Of a stretch of DNA of 64,000 nt, positions 62,199 to 64,000 are shown piece after piece. Source of the stretch: Zygnema circumcarinatum SAG 698-1b (lineage: Eukaryota; Plantae; Zygnematophyceae); NCBI GenBank assembly GCA_037447605.1, contig CM074804.1:1736001-1800000 (forward strand). The letters are read 5' to 3'. Each line of letters begins with the position of its first letter. Positions within the stretch are counted from its first letter, which is position 1. Made by a program: the position numbers and the translations under genes. A model generated the notes under the pieces. That model was given only the letters and a program-made list of their open reading frames with translations. It did not search any database and was not told where the DNA came from.

Positions 62199-63225
62199 AT
62201 GGCGATGACGCTGACGTCACAGGGTGTCGGGGCAGCGCCATGGCTCGGCGCCAGCCTGGCGTCTCGGGGCACTCGAGCTGCTGACACGTGTCCCTCCGAC
62301 CCCCCCTCCCGCCTCTCCTTGTACAGCGAGTTCTACGGATCTCCTTCTCTCCCGACGGAAAAGTCCGCCGCCGTCGCCACCTTGTCCGCCTCTCCGTTAT
62401 CCCTCCCCACGGAGAAGCACCGGCAGCGAACCTCCGTCATCAGTGCTAAAATACGGAAAACGAAACGGGCGCCCATGGATCCCGACTACCCGTGGCCCGA
62501 CAAGTACAAGGCAGAGGAGCACGGATTCCTCGCCTTTCTTTCGAAGTTCCACAAGCAGGCCCCGGCCAGGAAGACCAAGCCGGCCACTCTCCCCTTCGAG
62601 AGGGAGCTCGTGGACCTGCAGGGCAAGATTGACGAGGTGGGGCCTCAGGGTTCAGGGCTTGGAATTTACTTTTGAGGGCTTTGGAAGGTAGGGTTAGAAT
62701 TGGGGTTGATGGAATGTGAGGCCTGGAGGAGGGGGGAGTCTTTAATGGGATTTTTCGGTAATGAAGAAGGGGGGGAGAGGAGGGTTTGGTTCGGGAGGGG
62801 GAGAGGGGGGAGAGGGGAGAGAGGGGAGAGAGAGAGAGGAGAGGGGGAGGTTTCTTGGGGTTTTTGAGTTTGGGGTTTCCGAGTACTGGGTTTCTTGGGG
62901 TTGCGGTTTCTGGAGGAAATGGGGGGGGAAGAATTGTAGTGTACAATTGGCGTCAGTGGTTTTCTGCAGTGCAATTTCGGCTGCTTAAACTGCTAAAATG
63001 CAGAGCGGAGGGTAGTGGGCGAGAGCGGTAGTGGTAGTGGTAGTGTTAGTAAATTTTCTTCAGACAGATGAGTTTGATAGATTTCTTTCCTTTCTTTCGT
63101 TTCGTCTTTCTTTCCTCTCAATTTTTTTCTTTCTTTCCTTTTCTTTTCAGGTGCGGAGTTTGGCGAAGAAGACGGGAATGGACTTTAGTGAGCAGATTGG
63201 AGACCTTGAGGCGAAATACGAGCAG
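62199..63225 (+). CDS. CAC3: Acetyl-CoA carboxylase alpha-carboxyltransferase, 5' exons (continues past window)
   Basis: Transit peptide, then DYPWP...FLAFLSKF...TLPFERELVDLQGKIDE (exon to 62636) and VRSLAKKTGMDFSEQIGDLEAKYEQ (~63151-63225). Confidence 0.9.
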
Positions 63226-64000
63226 GTAAAAACAAATTGAAAAAACTGTCCGGAATTTAAAAATCTAGGTCTCTTTTTTAATTTGTATTCACTGAAGGCA
63301 GTTTTTGCAGCTTCCCGAAATTTTGGAGTCTAGAAGTTGCTGTGTTTGAGTTTGGAGGGGCGAGAGAGGGACAGGGAGAGGGTTGGTATGGTGTGATGTT
63401 GAAAATGCCAGAGGGAGGTCATTCAGGAAAGGCAGGAAGGAGAGAAGTACGGTAGGGAGTGGAGTGAGAGCAGAATTGAAGTCTGGGAGGGAGTGAAATT
63501 TGGCGCTCTTCCGCTATCGTTTCGCTTCGTTTCATTCTTTTGAATGCTTATTTCCGAGGCTCCTGATTTATGTCAGTTCCCACTTGTTCAGATTTCTTTT
63601 GGTTTCCTATTAGTGCCTATTTTCTTTGTTTTCTTTGTGCCAATTTAGATAAAGTTGAGAAATCTATCGTGATTAGAAATTTTATTGAGACGAAAGCTGC
63701 TGTCGTGGTTTCAAGATTTTCAGTTCTTGGTAGTTAATTTCTCGGTGTGTGGAACTCTACATTTAGATTGTGAAGTGTGTGGAATGTCTGTAAATGAAGT
63801 AAAGCAATTAACGGGAGTAAGATAGTGGCTCCTTGGAGAAATTTTCATATTTCAATAGATGAGACAGTGGTGAGAGAGAGAGAGAGAGAGACTGGACCAA
63901 AAACGTGAACGAGAAATGAGAAAGAGAATGGAGTGGGAAGAGAGAGAGAGAGAGTCAGCCAGAGCTAAAAGTGAACAGTGGTTGGAGAAATGCACTGGAA

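Noticed and set aside
35142-63225. mTERF6, SBE3 and CAC3 as a plastid gene cluster
   Set aside because: Unrelated pathways interspersed with nuclear housekeeping genes, and plastid-targeted genes are common.

Overview
Intron-rich eukaryotic nuclear DNA from a green plant-lineage genome, most plausibly a streptophyte alga (inferred from gene content and intron style; the species cannot be determined). Eleven spliced or intronless genes can be reconstructed, in order: the 3' end of TIPIN/Swi3, an MscS-like channel (-), IPK1, a short ABCC/MRP transporter, TCTP, mTERF6, starch branching enzyme class III/BE1 (-), a GGCT/GliK-like gene, a second mTERF, cyclin U/P and BUD31/G10 (-). The 5' end of a twelfth gene, ACCase alpha-carboxyltransferase, closes the window. 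The intergenic DNA holds long-TIR non-autonomous DNA transposons with 8-bp TSDs, a tandem MITE pair and a 5'-truncated RLE-type non-LTR retroelement with a 10-bp TSD. Introns carry long GA/CT tracts, and two exact duplications abutting N-gaps are probably assembly artefacts. The most striking observation is in the ABCC gene. The last two helices of TMD1, which line the substrate pocket, are encoded twice in an interleaved, mutually exclusive arrangement: exon A1 (136 nt) plus exon A2 (46 nt) versus exon B (182 nt), with B nested in the A1-A2 intron. Reading frame and a 39-nt spacer prevent co-inclusion, so one gene is predicted to make two transporters with different substrate pockets.
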